Positions 20,370-28,911 of a stretch of 64,000 nt of DNA are shown here, piece after piece; the first letter of the stretch is position 1, and the number at the start of each line of letters is the position of its first letter. The stretch spans positions 3,982 to 67,981 of the forward strand of contig NZ_DASQVQ010000059.1 in NCBI RefSeq assembly GCF_035640695.1, written 5' to 3'. Both the position numbers and the translations under genes were made by a program. The notes below the pieces were generated by a model. That model saw nothing but the letters and a program-made list of their open reading frames with translations, did not search any database and was not told the origin of the DNA. The DNA is from Mycobacterium sp. (GTDB taxonomy: Bacteria; Actinomycetota; Actinomycetes; Mycobacteriales; Mycobacteriaceae).

Positions 20370-20750
20370 TCAGGCCTGGGCAAGCGCCGACGCGTCGAAC
20401 GAATCTTGTTGCGCCGCTTCAATTTCCCACACGAACCGGAGCACCTGGCCGCCGGGGATATCATCCTGAAAATGCACGAAACCTGCCAGGATGCGGTCGA
20501 CGCCACGCGCGCGGTACCCGGCTATCCGCTCGGCAATCTGCTCGGGTGCGCCGATTAGCTGTTTGCGGAATCCACCGACCGGGATGCACGGCTCCGTAGC
20601 TGGCCTCGTAGCGGACCCGGCAGCGCCGAGTGTGCGGTTTCGTACGCGACACGCCGCGGCGGCGTACAAATTCGCACACTCGCGAGCGGCCACCACCCAC
20701 CCGTCAGCCACCAGACCCCGACCCCACCTTGCGGCGCCCAACTGAAACAC
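20370..20750 (-). pseudogene. Remnant (C-terminal third) of an LLM-class flavin/F420-dependent oxidoreductase
   Basis: The ORF contains LVADGWV and LIGAPEQIAERIAGYRARGVDRILAGF, typical of LLM C-termini. The N-terminal two thirds of the TIM barrel are absent. It lies in the otherwise unexplained 527-bp divergent spacer. Confidence 0.5.
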
Positions 20751-20765
20751 GTTCTAATTCTGGTC

Positions 20766-21614
20766 ATGGACTACGGATTGGTGTTGTTCACCAGCGACCG
20801 CGGCATCACGCCCGCCGCCGCGGCCAAGCTGGCCGAGGAGCACGGCTTTCGCACCTTCTACGTGCCCGAACACACCCACATCCCGGTCAAGCGCGAGGCT
20901 GCCCATCCGACGACGGGTGATGCGTCGTTGCCCGACGACCGCTACATGCGCACACTGGATCCCTGGGTCAGTCTCGGCACGGCCTGCGCGGTGACGTCAC
21001 GCATCCGGTTGTCCACCGCGGTGGCGCTGCCGGTCGAGCATGATCCGATCACCTTGGCCAAAGCCATTGCGACGCTGGATCACCTGTCCGGCGGCCGGGT
21101 CAGCGTCGGCGTCGGATTCGGTTGGAACACCGATGAACTCGCCGATCACGGCGTGCCCGCGGGCAAGCGCCGCACCGTGCTGCGCGAGTATCTCGAGGCG
21201 ATGCGGGCGCTGTGGACGCAGGAGGAAGCCGCCTACGACGGCGAGTTCGTCAAGTTCGGACCGAGCTGGGCCTGGCCGAAGCCCGTGCAGTCGCACATCC
21301 CGGTGCTGGTCGGCGCCGCAGGCAACGAGAAGAACTTCAAGTGGATCGCGCGCAGCGCCGACGGCTGGATCACCACGCCCCGCGACTTCGACATCGACGA
21401 ACCGGTCCGGTTGCTCCAACACACCTGGGCCGCGGCGGGCCGCGACGGCGCGCCGCAGATCGTCGCCCTTGACTTCAAGCCGGACGCCGAGAAGCTGGCC
21501 CGCTGGGCCGAGCTCGGTGTGACGGAAGTGCTGTTCGGCCTGCCCGACCGCGGCGAGGACGAGATCGCCGCCTACATCGAGCGGCTGGCCGGCAAGCTCG
21601 CCGCGACCGTCTAG
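20766..21614 (+). CDS. LLM-class F420-dependent oxidoreductase (Rv0953c-like)
   Basis: 282 aa, MDYGLVLFTSDRGITPAAAAKLAEEHGF..FYVPEHTHIP, ARSADGWITTP. Confidence 0.85.
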   Translation: MDYGLVLFTSDRGITPAAAAKLAEEHGFRTFYVPEHTHIPVKREAAHPTTGDASLPDDRYMRTLDPWVSLGTACAVTSRIRLSTAVALPVEHDPITLAKAIATLDHLSGGRVSVGVGFGWNTDELADHGVPAGKRRTVLREYLEAMRALWTQEEAAYDGEFVKFGPSWAWPKPVQSHIPVLVGAAGNEKNFKWIARSADGWITTPRDFDIDEPVRLLQHTWAAAGRDGAPQIVALDFKPDAEKLARWAELGVTEVLFGLPDRGEDEIAAYIERLAGKLAATV

Positions 21615-21643
21615 TGCGCGGCGCCGAAAGCGCAACCAGATTT

Positions 21644-22546
21644 CTACATGCTCTGCAGGATCGAACGGGCCAGCGACGCTGTCTCCGACGGCGTCTTGCC
21701 CACCTTCACGCCGGCCGCCTCCAGCGCTTGCTTCTTGGCGGCGGCGGTGCCGGACGACCCCGACACGATGGCCCCGGCGTGACCCATCGTCTTGCCCTCC
21801 GGCGCGGTGAAGCCCGCGACGTAGCCGATCACCGGCTTGGAGACGTTGGCCCTGATGTATTCGGCCGCGCGCTCCTCGGCGTCGCCGCCGATTTCACCGA
21901 TCAACACGATGATCTTGGTGTCGGGATCCTTCTCGAAGGCCTCGATCGCGTCGATATGCGTCGTGCCGATCACCGGGTCACCGCCGATGCCGATGGCCGT
22001 CGAGAAGCCTAAATCCCTGAGCTCGTACATCATTTGGTAGGTCAGAGTGCCAGACTTCGACACCAGCCCGATCGGCCCCGGCCCGGTGATGTTGGCAGGG
22101 GTGATGCCCGCCAACGCCTCGCCGGGCGTGATGACCCCCGGGCAGTTCGGCCCGATGATGCGTGTCTTCCTGCCCTTGTGCACGTTGTACGCCCACGCGT
22201 ACGCGGTGTCCTGCACCGGAATTCCCTCGGTGATGACCACCAGCAGCGGAATCTCGGCATCGACGGCCTCGATGATGGCGTCCTTGGCGAACCTCGGCGG
22301 CACGAACACGACGGACACGTCGGCGCCGGTCTCCTTCATCGCCTCGACGACGGTGCCGAACACCGGCAGCTCGATGTCGTTGTTGTCCTTGTCCTTATGT
22401 GCCACCGTGGTGCCGGCCTTGCGGGAATTTACGCCGCCGAGCAGCTGGGTGCCGGCCCTGAGCATCCGCGCGGTGTGGATGCCGCCCTCGTTGCCGGTGA
22501 TGCCCTGAACGATGACCTTGGAGTCCTTGTTCAAAAAGATCGCCAT
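21644..22546 (-). CDS. sucD: Succinyl-CoA ligase alpha subunit
   Basis: [21 protein letters not shown]..., catalytic His motif GHAGAIV. Confidence 0.97.
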   Translation of the reverse strand: MAIFLNKDSKVIVQGITGNEGGIHTARMLRAGTQLLGGVNSRKAGTTVAHKDKDNNDIELPVFGTVVEAMKETGADVSVVFVPPRFAKDAIIEAVDAEIPLLVVITEGIPVQDTAYAWAYNVHKGRKTRIIGPNCPGVITPGEALAGITPANITGPGPIGLVSKSGTLTYQMMYELRDLGFSTAIGIGGDPVIGTTHIDAIEAFEKDPDTKIIVLIGEIGGDAEERAAEYIRANVSKPVIGYVAGFTAPEGKTMGHAGAIVSGSSGTAAAKKQALEAAGVKVGKTPSETASLARSILQSM

Positions 22547-22557
22547 GATGAGTCCTT

Positions 22558-23733
22558 TCAGGCGCTCGCGGCTTGGGCGGCCTTCGCGGCGGCGACATCG
22601 GCCGCTTCATCCATGGTGCCCACCTCCGTCACCAACGGGTGATCGGCGTCGGCGAGGATGCGACGGCCTTCCTCGACGTTGTTGCCGTCGAGTCGCACCA
22701 CCAACGGCTTGGTTGCGGTGTCGCCCAATATCTTCAGCGCGTTGACGATGCCGTTGGCCACCGCGTCGCACGCCGTGATGCCGCCGAAGACGTTGACGAA
22801 CACGCTTTTGACCTGCTGATCGCCGAGCACCACGTCGAGTCCGGCGGCCATCACCTCGGCCGACGCGCCACCGCCGATGTCCAAGAAGTTGGCGGGCTTG
22901 ACACCGCCGTGCTTCTCCCCCGCGTAGGCCACCACGTCCAGCGTCGACATCACCAGGCCCGCTCCGTTGCCGATGATGCCGACCTCGCCGTCGAGCTTGA
23001 CGTAGTTGAGGTCGTGCTCCTTGGCCTTGAGCTCGAGGGGATCGGTGGCGTCGCGGTCCTCGAACTGCTCGTGGTCGGGATGGCGGAAGTCGGCGTTTCC
23101 GTCGAGCGTGATCTTGGCGTCGAGGGCGAGGATTTGGTCGTCCGGCGTCCGCACCAGCGGGTTGACCTCAACCAGCGTCGCATCCTCGGCGACGAACAGC
23201 TCCCAGAGCTTGTGGATCGTCACCGCGGCGGCGTCGAGCACCTCGGTGGGCAGATGGCCTTGCTCGGCGATGGATCGGGCGAAGGCAAGGTCGACGCCGT
23301 TGACCGCGTCGACGGGCACCTTGGCCAGCCGCTCGGGCTTGGTCGCGGCCACCTCTTCGATGTCCATGCCGCCCTCGACCGAGCACATCGCCAGGTAGGT
23401 GCGGTTCGCACGGTCGAGCAGGAACGAAACGTAATACTCCTCGGCGATGTCGCTGGCCTCCGACACCAGCAGCTTCTTGACGATGTGGCCCTTGATATCC
23501 AGGCCGAGGATGTTGCCGGCGTGATTGAACGCATCGTCGGGCGTCGCCGCGTACTTCACGCCGCCCGCCTTGCCACGGCCACCGGTCTTGACCTGGGCCT
23601 TCACCATCACCGGCTTGCCGATCTCCGCGGCGATCTCGCGGGCGCCCTCGGGGCTGTCGGTCACCCGGCCGGGCGTCGAGGGCACGTAGTGCTTGGCGAA
23701 CAGCTCCTTCGCCTGGTACTCGAAGAGATCCAT
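22558..23733 (-). CDS. sucC: Succinyl-CoA ligase beta subunit
   Basis: [34 protein letters not shown] canonical SucC. Confidence 0.97.
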   Translation of the reverse strand: MDLFEYQAKELFAKHYVPSTPGRVTDSPEGAREIAAEIGKPVMVKAQVKTGGRGKAGGVKYAATPDDAFNHAGNILGLDIKGHIVKKLLVSEASDIAEEYYVSFLLDRANRTYLAMCSVEGGMDIEEVAATKPERLAKVPVDAVNGVDLAFARSIAEQGHLPTEVLDAAAVTIHKLWELFVAEDATLVEVNPLVRTPDDQILALDAKITLDGNADFRHPDHEQFEDRDATDPLELKAKEHDLNYVKLDGEVGIIGNGAGLVMSTLDVVAYAGEKHGGVKPANFLDIGGGASAEVMAAGLDVVLGDQQVKSVFVNVFGGITACDAVANGIVNALKILGDTATKPLVVRLDGNNVEEGRRILADADHPLVTEVGTMDEAADVAAAKAAQAASA

Positions 23734-23848
23734 GAGCTCACTGTCTGTCTGCTTTGACTTCGAACGTTTCGGCCGAATGGCTCGTGGGAACTGTATCGAG
23801 AGCGGCCGGTGAGGCCGTCACCGCATACCAGACATGTGGTACATCTCA

Positions 23849-23888
23849 CCGCCGGAGTTCAGGTGATTCAAATCACAATCTCCGGCGG
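23849..23888. promoter_or_regulatory. Nested inverted repeat in the sucC / M23-peptidase divergent region
   Basis: Outer arms ccgccggag (23849-57) and ctccggcgg (23880-88) are perfect 9-bp complements. Inner palindrome gtgatt-ca-aatcac (23863-76). Lies in a locally AT-richer stretch. Confidence 0.4.
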
Positions 23889-23902
23889 AATTCTCCCACG
23901 GC

Positions 23903-25054
23903 TTGCGACTCGGTTGCGCCGTTCGTTACCGTGCTCCGGAGTTCGATAACGTTCTGGTCACGGTAGAAGGAAATTCCAGGTTGGCGCAGCACCGTTCGTC
24001 CCGCTCTCCTGATACAGGAGTCTCGACGAACTCTCGCGGCGGCTGGGTCGAACCGTCGGCTGCTGAAATCACCGACATCATTCCGTTCAACGAGTTCGGC
24101 AACCTCGACGACCTGGAGTTTTGCTACAACTCCGCGTTCGACACCGAAGTGCAGGTGCTGCTGGCACCCGAGCTCGACGACCTAAACGACGTCACCGAGC
24201 CGACACCCTTGCGGCTGCTTGTGCCGGCCGAGTTCCGGGCCGATCCCGGCGAGCCGCGCGACCCGCGTCACCGTTACCAAGCTGCTGGTCGCCCAGATCG
24301 CCTGGGTCCTGACGACGACATCACCGACGTTGTCCCGATTCGCCGCGGCAACCATCGCAAGGCGACCGGCGCTGCCGATGCCATCAAGGGTCGATTGCTG
24401 ATCGCGGCGATGGCTACCGGCGCCGCTGCGGCTGCCGCCCACGCGGCCGCACACACCGCCGACGCAAAGTCCTCCCCGACCGTGCTGGCGGCCGACGAGT
24501 CCGCGATGAACGGCGGCTCGATCGAGACGACCAAGGGCGTCCAGCTGGTCGCCGTCACGCCGGTCGTGAATTCGTCCGTGCACACCGAGGAGCTAGCCAA
24601 AGGCGCGGCGTTCGCGCACGAGCGCGCCGAGCGCGAGGCGCGGCTACAGCGGCCGCTGTACGTCATGCCGACGTCGGGGATCCCGACGTCGGGATTCGGC
24701 TACCGGTGGGGCGTGCTGCACGGCGGCATCGACCTCGCCAACTCGATCGGCACGCCGATCTACGCCGTCGCCGACGGTGTCGTAATCGACGCGGGGCCGG
24801 CCGCCGGTTTCGGGATGTGGGTCAAGCTGCGGCACGCCGACGGCACGGTCACGCTGTATGGGCACGTCAACACCGCAACGGTCAACGTGGGCCAGCGCGT
24901 GATGGCTGGCGACCAGATCGCGACGATGGGCAACCGCGGCAACTCCACGGGTCCCCACCTGCACTTCGAGGTGCTGCTCAACGGCACCAACCGGGTCGAT
25001 CCGGTGCCGTGGCTGGCCAAGCGTGGACTAAACGTCGGCGGGTTCAGCGGCTGA
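23903..25054 (+). CDS. M23 family metallopeptidase (Rv0950c-like); start uncertain
   Basis: C-terminal LytM/M23 motifs HGGIDLA, GNRGNSTGPHLHFEV. The first 26-40 codons have poor GC3, and TTG at 23981 behind GAAGGAAA is a plausible alternative start. Confidence 0.8.
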   Translation: MRLGCAVRYRAPEFDNVLVTVEGNSRLAQHRSSRSPDTGVSTNSRGGWVEPSAAEITDIIPFNEFGNLDDLEFCYNSAFDTEVQVLLAPELDDLNDVTEPTPLRLLVPAEFRADPGEPRDPRHRYQAAGRPDRLGPDDDITDVVPIRRGNHRKATGAADAIKGRLLIAAMATGAAAAAAHAAAHTADAKSSPTVLAADESAMNGGSIETTKGVQLVAVTPVVNSSVHTEELAKGAAFAHERAEREARLQRPLYVMPTSGIPTSGFGYRWGVLHGGIDLANSIGTPIYAVADGVVIDAGPAAGFGMWVKLRHADGTVTLYGHVNTATVNVGQRVMAGDQIATMGNRGNSTGPHLHFEVLLNGTNRVDPVPWLAKRGLNVGGFSG

Positions 25055-25076
25055 CGATTTAACTCCAGCGCCGGGT

Positions 25077-25154
25077 CCCGCCGCGACACGCAGTAACCGC
25101 CGCGACGCCCATTAACCCACCGCGACACCCAATGACCCGGCGCGACGCGGAATA
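25077..25154. repeat. 4 tandem direct repeats (19-20 bp) with CGCGAC core
   Basis: cccgccgcgacacgcagtaa / ccgccgcgacgcccattaa / cccaccgcgacacccaatga / cccggcgcgacgcggaata. Between the M23 stop (25054) and the next gene start (25164). Confidence 0.9.
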
Positions 25155-25163
25155 CTCGGACTA

Positions 25164-25877
25164 GTGAATGAAAACGAGTCGCACGACGAGGCGTCCGGGG
25201 GCCGGCAGCCAAGCGAACCCGCAACCAGCACAGGTGAATCGTTACGCGCGAGGCAAGACTCCAGCGGCCCGATCGAAACACCGGCCGACGACACCCGAAC
25301 CCACATCATCCAGCGCGAACCGAGCGGGCCGATTCCCACGCCGCCAGCCGACGACACCCGCACCAGCATCATCCGGCGCCATCCCACCGGCCCGATTCCC
25401 GAGGTAACCGACGCGCCGACGAGCCTTGTCAAAGAGGCGCCCGCCGACGAGCTGGCCACCGGCATCATCCGCCAAGCGCCACGACGCATCGCGAGAACGC
25501 CGGGACCGCCCAGCCCGGTAAGCGCGATGGCGGCGACCACGCTCAGCATCCTCAACGGCTGGGCCACCGCGGTCATTGCCACCGACCTGATCACCGGGTG
25601 GTGGCGAAGCGACCGGCTGTTTTGCGTCGGCGTTGGCTTTCTCGCCGCGGTGTGCGGCGCCAGCATCATTGCCGGTGTTATCCAGCTGTTGTTGCGCCGC
25701 CGCGCCGGCATCTACCTGACGATCGTCGGCTCCGTGCTGGCGGTGCTGATCTTCGCCGGCATCTTCGTCACCGGGGCCCACGTGGGCGGGTTGGTTCGCG
25801 CGATGCCGGCCATCCCCGCCGCCGCGGCGCTATTCGCCGTGCTGCCGCCGACGTGGCGCTGGACCCGACGCGACTGA
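25164..25877 (+). CDS. Hypothetical membrane protein with N-terminal tandem peptide repeats
   Basis: 237 aa, GTG start. Repeats SGPIETPADDTRTHIIQREP / SGPIPTPPADDTRTSIIRRHP / TGPIPEV..., then 4 predicted TM helices. No family recognised. Confidence 0.6.
   Translation: MNENESHDEASGGRQPSEPATSTGESLRARQDSSGPIETPADDTRTHIIQREPSGPIPTPPADDTRTSIIRRHPTGPIPEVTDAPTSLVKEAPADELATGIIRQAPRRIARTPGPPSPVSAMAATTLSILNGWATAVIATDLITGWWRSDRLFCVGVGFLAAVCGASIIAGVIQLLLRRRAGIYLTIVGSVLAVLIFAGIFVTGAHVGGLVRAMPAIPAAAALFAVLPPTWRWTRRD
25261..25450 (+). repeat. In-frame repeats of about 63 bp (2 good copies plus 1 degenerate)
   Basis: ccagcggcccgatcgaaacaccggccgacgacacccgaacccacatcatccagcgcgaac versus cgagcgggccgattcccacgccgccagccgacgacacccgcaccagcatcatccggcgcc. 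Confidence 0.8.
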
Positions 25878-25906
25878 ATTGGTCCACGGGCGGGTCCGGC
25901 CGCCAC

Positions 25907-26040
25907 CTCGCTCCCCGCGCGCCAGCTCGCCCCCCCGCGCGCCAGCTCACCTCCCGTCCACGGCTCGCTCCGTGTCCCCGGCGCGCTCCGCGATCCCCGC
26001 ATCCGCGGCTCGGCCCGCGGTCTCCGCGTCGCTCCCAACC
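25907..26040. repeat. Degenerate C-rich tandem repeats (period about 19-23 bp) filling a convergent intergenic region
   Basis: ctcgctccccgcgcgccag / ctcgcccccccgcgcgccag / ctcacctcccgtccacgg / ctcgctccgtgtccccggcgcg / ctccgcgatccccgcatccgcgg ... Lies between stops at 25877 (+) and 26044 (-). Confidence 0.75.
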
Positions 26041-26043
26041 AGG

Positions 26044-28395
26044 TCAAATCTTCTGCACCGGCGCGTGGTTGTGCATCAGCTTGACCCGGCCGGCGCTGCC
26101 GAAGTCGATCAGCGACATCGCCGACTCGCCGACGCCGGAGACCTCCTCGACGCGGCCGAGCCCGTACTTGTCGTGGGTGACCCGGTCGCCCGGTTCGAGG
26201 ACCAGCAGCGGGCGCTTTCCGGCGGCCGCCCGTGACGGCGACGGACGCGGGCGGCCGAACCGACCGGCGCCGCTGACCGGCGCGCTAAGCGTTGGCGTCG
26301 GATCAATGCGCCGCCAGTCCATCAGGTGCTGGGGGATCTCCTTCAAAAACCGCGACTCCGGGTTCATCATCGGCTGACCCCATGATGAACGGACCTTCGC
26401 CCTGCTGAGGTAGAGGCGCTGCCGCGCACGGGTGAGCCCGACGTAGGCCAGCCGCCGCTCCTCGGACAGTTCGGCCGGATCGCCCAGCGCCCGCATGTGC
26501 GGGAACATGCCGTCCTCCCACCCGGTGACGAACACCACCGGGAACTCCAGGCCCTTGGCGGTGTGCAACGTCATCAGCGTGACGACCCCGGCATCATGCT
26601 CCGGCAACTCGTCGGCGTCGGCCACCAGCGAGACACGCTCCAAAAACTCCGCCAACACCCCGGTGTCGGGCACGTCCTCGTCGGCCGGAAGGTCCAGGTC
26701 GGTTTCCAGCGCCGCGGCGTTGGCCCGGTCCGTGCTGAATTCATGCGCGACGCTGACCAATTCGTTCAGATTGTCCAACCGCGCCAGGTCTTGTGGGTCG
26801 CTGGACGACTCCAGCTCGGCACGGTACCCGGTGCGGTCCAGCACCGCTTCGACGAGATCGCCGAGATCGTCGTCCAGCCGCGACCGCAGATCGTCGAGCA
26901 ACTCGACGAATCCGGCAATCGCCTTCTCCGAGCGGGTATTCAGCATCGGCACCTTGCCTTCGGCGGCGGCCTCCAGCGCGTCGGCGAAGCTGGCGCCGGT
27001 GTTTTCGGCGTATACCGCGACGCAGGCCACCGCCCGGTCGCCGATGCCGCGCCGCGGCGTGTTCAGGACTCGCCGCATGCTCACCGAGTCACCGGGGTTG
27101 TCGAGCACTCGCAGATAGGCAACGATGTCGCGAATCTCCCTGCGCTCGTAGAACCTAACACCGCCGACCACCTTGTACGGAATGCCGGTGCGGATGAACA
27201 CCTCTTCCAGGGATCGCGACGAGTTGTTGGTCCGGTAGAACACCGCGACGTCGTTGTAGGTGATGCCGCCGGGCCCACCGCCGGCCCCAATACCGCCCCC
27301 ACTGCCAGCGTCGACGAGCCGGTCGATTTCGCTTGCGACGAAGGCGGCTTCGTCGTGCTCGTTGTCGGCGACGTAACCGACGATCAACTCGCCGTCGCCG
27401 GCGTCGGTCCAGAGCCGCTTCTCCCGGCGGCCGCTGTTGCGCGAGATCACCGAGTTGGCCGCCGACAGGATGTTCTGCGTGGACCGGTAATTTTGCTCGA
27501 GCAGAATCGTGGTGGCGTTCGGGTAATCTCGTTCGAAATCTTCGATATTGCGAATCGTCGCGCCGCGGAACGCATAGATGGATTGGTCGGCGTCGCCGAC
27601 CACGCACAGCTCTGCCGGCGGAATCCCGTCGTCGCTGTCGCGGCCGACGAGTTCGCGCACCAGGACGTACTGGGCGTGGTTGGTGTCCTGATACTCGTCG
27701 ACGAGGATGTGCCGGAATCGCCGCCGGTAGTACTGCGCTATTTGCGGAAAACGTTGCAGCACAGCGACTGTCTCGCCGATCAGGTCGTCGAAGTCCAACG
27801 CATTGGCGGCGCGCAGCCTGCGCTGGTATTCGCTGTAAACATCGGCCACGATGCGGTTGAGCTCGTCGGTGCTCTCCGAGATGTCTGCGGCCGCCTGCTC
27901 GGGATCGATCAGCTCGTTCTTCAGGTTGGAGATGCAGTTGGCCAGCAGCCGCGGCGAGTACCGCCGGGTGTCGAGCCCCAAGTCCTTGCCGATCATCAGC
28001 AGCAGTCGGCGGGAATCGTCGGCGTCATAGATCGAGAAGTTGGAGTTCAGCCCCGGCAGCAGTGATGCCTGGTTGCGCAGGATCCGTACGCAGCTGGAAT
28101 GAAACGTCGCCACCCACATCGAGCGTGCCCGGGGTCCGACCAGCGCGACCACCCGCTCGCGCATCTCAGCGGCCGCCTTGTTGGTGAATGTGATGGCCAG
28201 TACCTGGCCGGGGGTGACGTCGCGAGCCGCCAGCAGATAGGCGATTCGGCGCGTCAGCACCGCGGTCTTACCCGACCCAGCCCCGGCAACGATCAGCAGT
28301 GGCGTGCCCTCATGCAGCACGGCCTGGCGTTGCTGCGGGTTGAGGCCCTCGAGGAGTTCGTCGGCGGCCACCGATTCGGAAAGATGCGCGGTCAT
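26044..28395 (-). CDS. uvrD1: ATP-dependent DNA helicase UvrD1/PcrA
   Basis: LNPQQRQAVLHEGTPLLIVAGAGSGKT, VDEYQDTNHAQY, C-terminal Tudor-like GDRVTHDKYGLGRVEEV. Near-identical to remembered Mtb UvrD1. Start taken at MTAHLSE (ATG 28395). Confidence 0.95.
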   Translation of the reverse strand: MTAHLSESVAADELLEGLNPQQRQAVLHEGTPLLIVAGAGSGKTAVLTRRIAYLLAARDVTPGQVLAITFTNKAAAEMRERVVALVGPRARSMWVATFHSSCVRILRNQASLLPGLNSNFSIYDADDSRRLLLMIGKDLGLDTRRYSPRLLANCISNLKNELIDPEQAAADISESTDELNRIVADVYSEYQRRLRAANALDFDDLIGETVAVLQRFPQIAQYYRRRFRHILVDEYQDTNHAQYVLVRELVGRDSDDGIPPAELCVVGDADQSIYAFRGATIRNIEDFERDYPNATTILLEQNYRSTQNILSAANSVISRNSGRREKRLWTDAGDGELIVGYVADNEHDEAAFVASEIDRLVDAGSGGGIGAGGGPGGITYNDVAVFYRTNNSSRSLEEVFIRTGIPYKVVGGVRFYERREIRDIVAYLRVLDNPGDSVSMRRVLNTPRRGIGDRAVACVAVYAENTGASFADALEAAAEGKVPMLNTRSEKAIAGFVELLDDLRSRLDDDLGDLVEAVLDRTGYRAELESSSDPQDLARLDNLNELVSVAHEFSTDRANAAALETDLDLPADEDVPDTGVLAEFLERVSLVADADELPEHDAGVVTLMTLHTAKGLEFPVVFVTGWEDGMFPHMRALGDPAELSEERRLAYVGLTRARQRLYLSRAKVRSSWGQPMMNPESRFLKEIPQHLMDWRRIDPTPTLSAPVSGAGRFGRPRPSPSRAAAGKRPLLVLEPGDRVTHDKYGLGRVEEVSGVGESAMSLIDFGSAGRVKLMHNHAPVQKI

Positions 28396-28405
28396 GACGC
28401 GCCCC

Positions 28406-28428
28406 AATTTACCGCTGGATGACGACAC
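28406..28428 (-). promoter_or_regulatory. Candidate RecA-NDp / PafBC-type DNA-damage promoter motif upstream of uvrD1
   Basis: Minus strand reads gTGTCGtca-tccagcgg-TAAATT. This fits the remembered motif tTGTCRgtg-N8-TAnnnT with exact 8-nt spacing. The -10 ends 10 nt before the ATG. Confidence 0.4.
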
Positions 28429-28599
28429 TTTTTGCGCTGGCACGGCCGGAGATGGCACACTCTTAAACGTGCTGACCGAGCAGCGTCGATTTTTCTACGG
28501 GTACCCGCGCGCGGTGCCCGTGGTTTAGCTGCTTGATTCAGAGCCCCGCGGTCCGCTTCCGGATCCGGGGCTCGTCTCTTGTGTGAGGCCGGTGAAGGA

Positions 28600-28911
28600 A
28601 TGATCCGCAATCGCAAACAACCCCACACGGAGAATTCGGAGCAACCAATGCCTGTAGAAACCGACCAGCCAGCCGACATCGACGACCTTCGTCAGGAGAT
28701 CGACCGGCTGGACGCCGAGATCCTCGCCGCCGTCCGGCGGCGCAGCGAGGTATCCCAGGCCATCGGCAAAGCCAGGATGGCCAACGGCGGCACCCGCCTG
28801 GTGCACAGCCGCGAGATGAAGGTCATCGAGCGCTACAGCGAGCTGGGTCCCGACGGCAAGGACCTCGCGATGCTGTTACTGCGCCTGGGCCGCGGCCGCC
28901 TCGGCCACTAA
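28600..28911 (+). CDS. Chorismate mutase (AroQ class, Rv0948c-like)
   Basis: IDDLRQEIDRLDAEILAAVRRRSEVSQAIGKARMANGGTRLVHSREMKVIERYSELGPDGKDLAMLLLRLGRGRLGH is near-identical to remembered Mtb CM. ATG 28600 behind GAAGGA, with other in-frame starts possible. Confidence 0.9.
   Translation: MIRNRKQPHTENSEQPMPVETDQPADIDDLRQEIDRLDAEILAAVRRRSEVSQAIGKARMANGGTRLVHSREMKVIERYSELGPDGKDLAMLLLRLGRGRLGH

Noticed and set aside
23734-24100. c-di-AMP (ydaO-type) riboswitch upstream of the M23 peptidase gene.
   Set aside because: The context is attractive (a cell-wall hydrolase) and there is a faint resemblance at cgaaccgtcggctgctgaa. However, I could not find the conserved GGGGACCCA / GGGGUGAAUC-type elements by eye. 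An Infernal scan is needed before any call.
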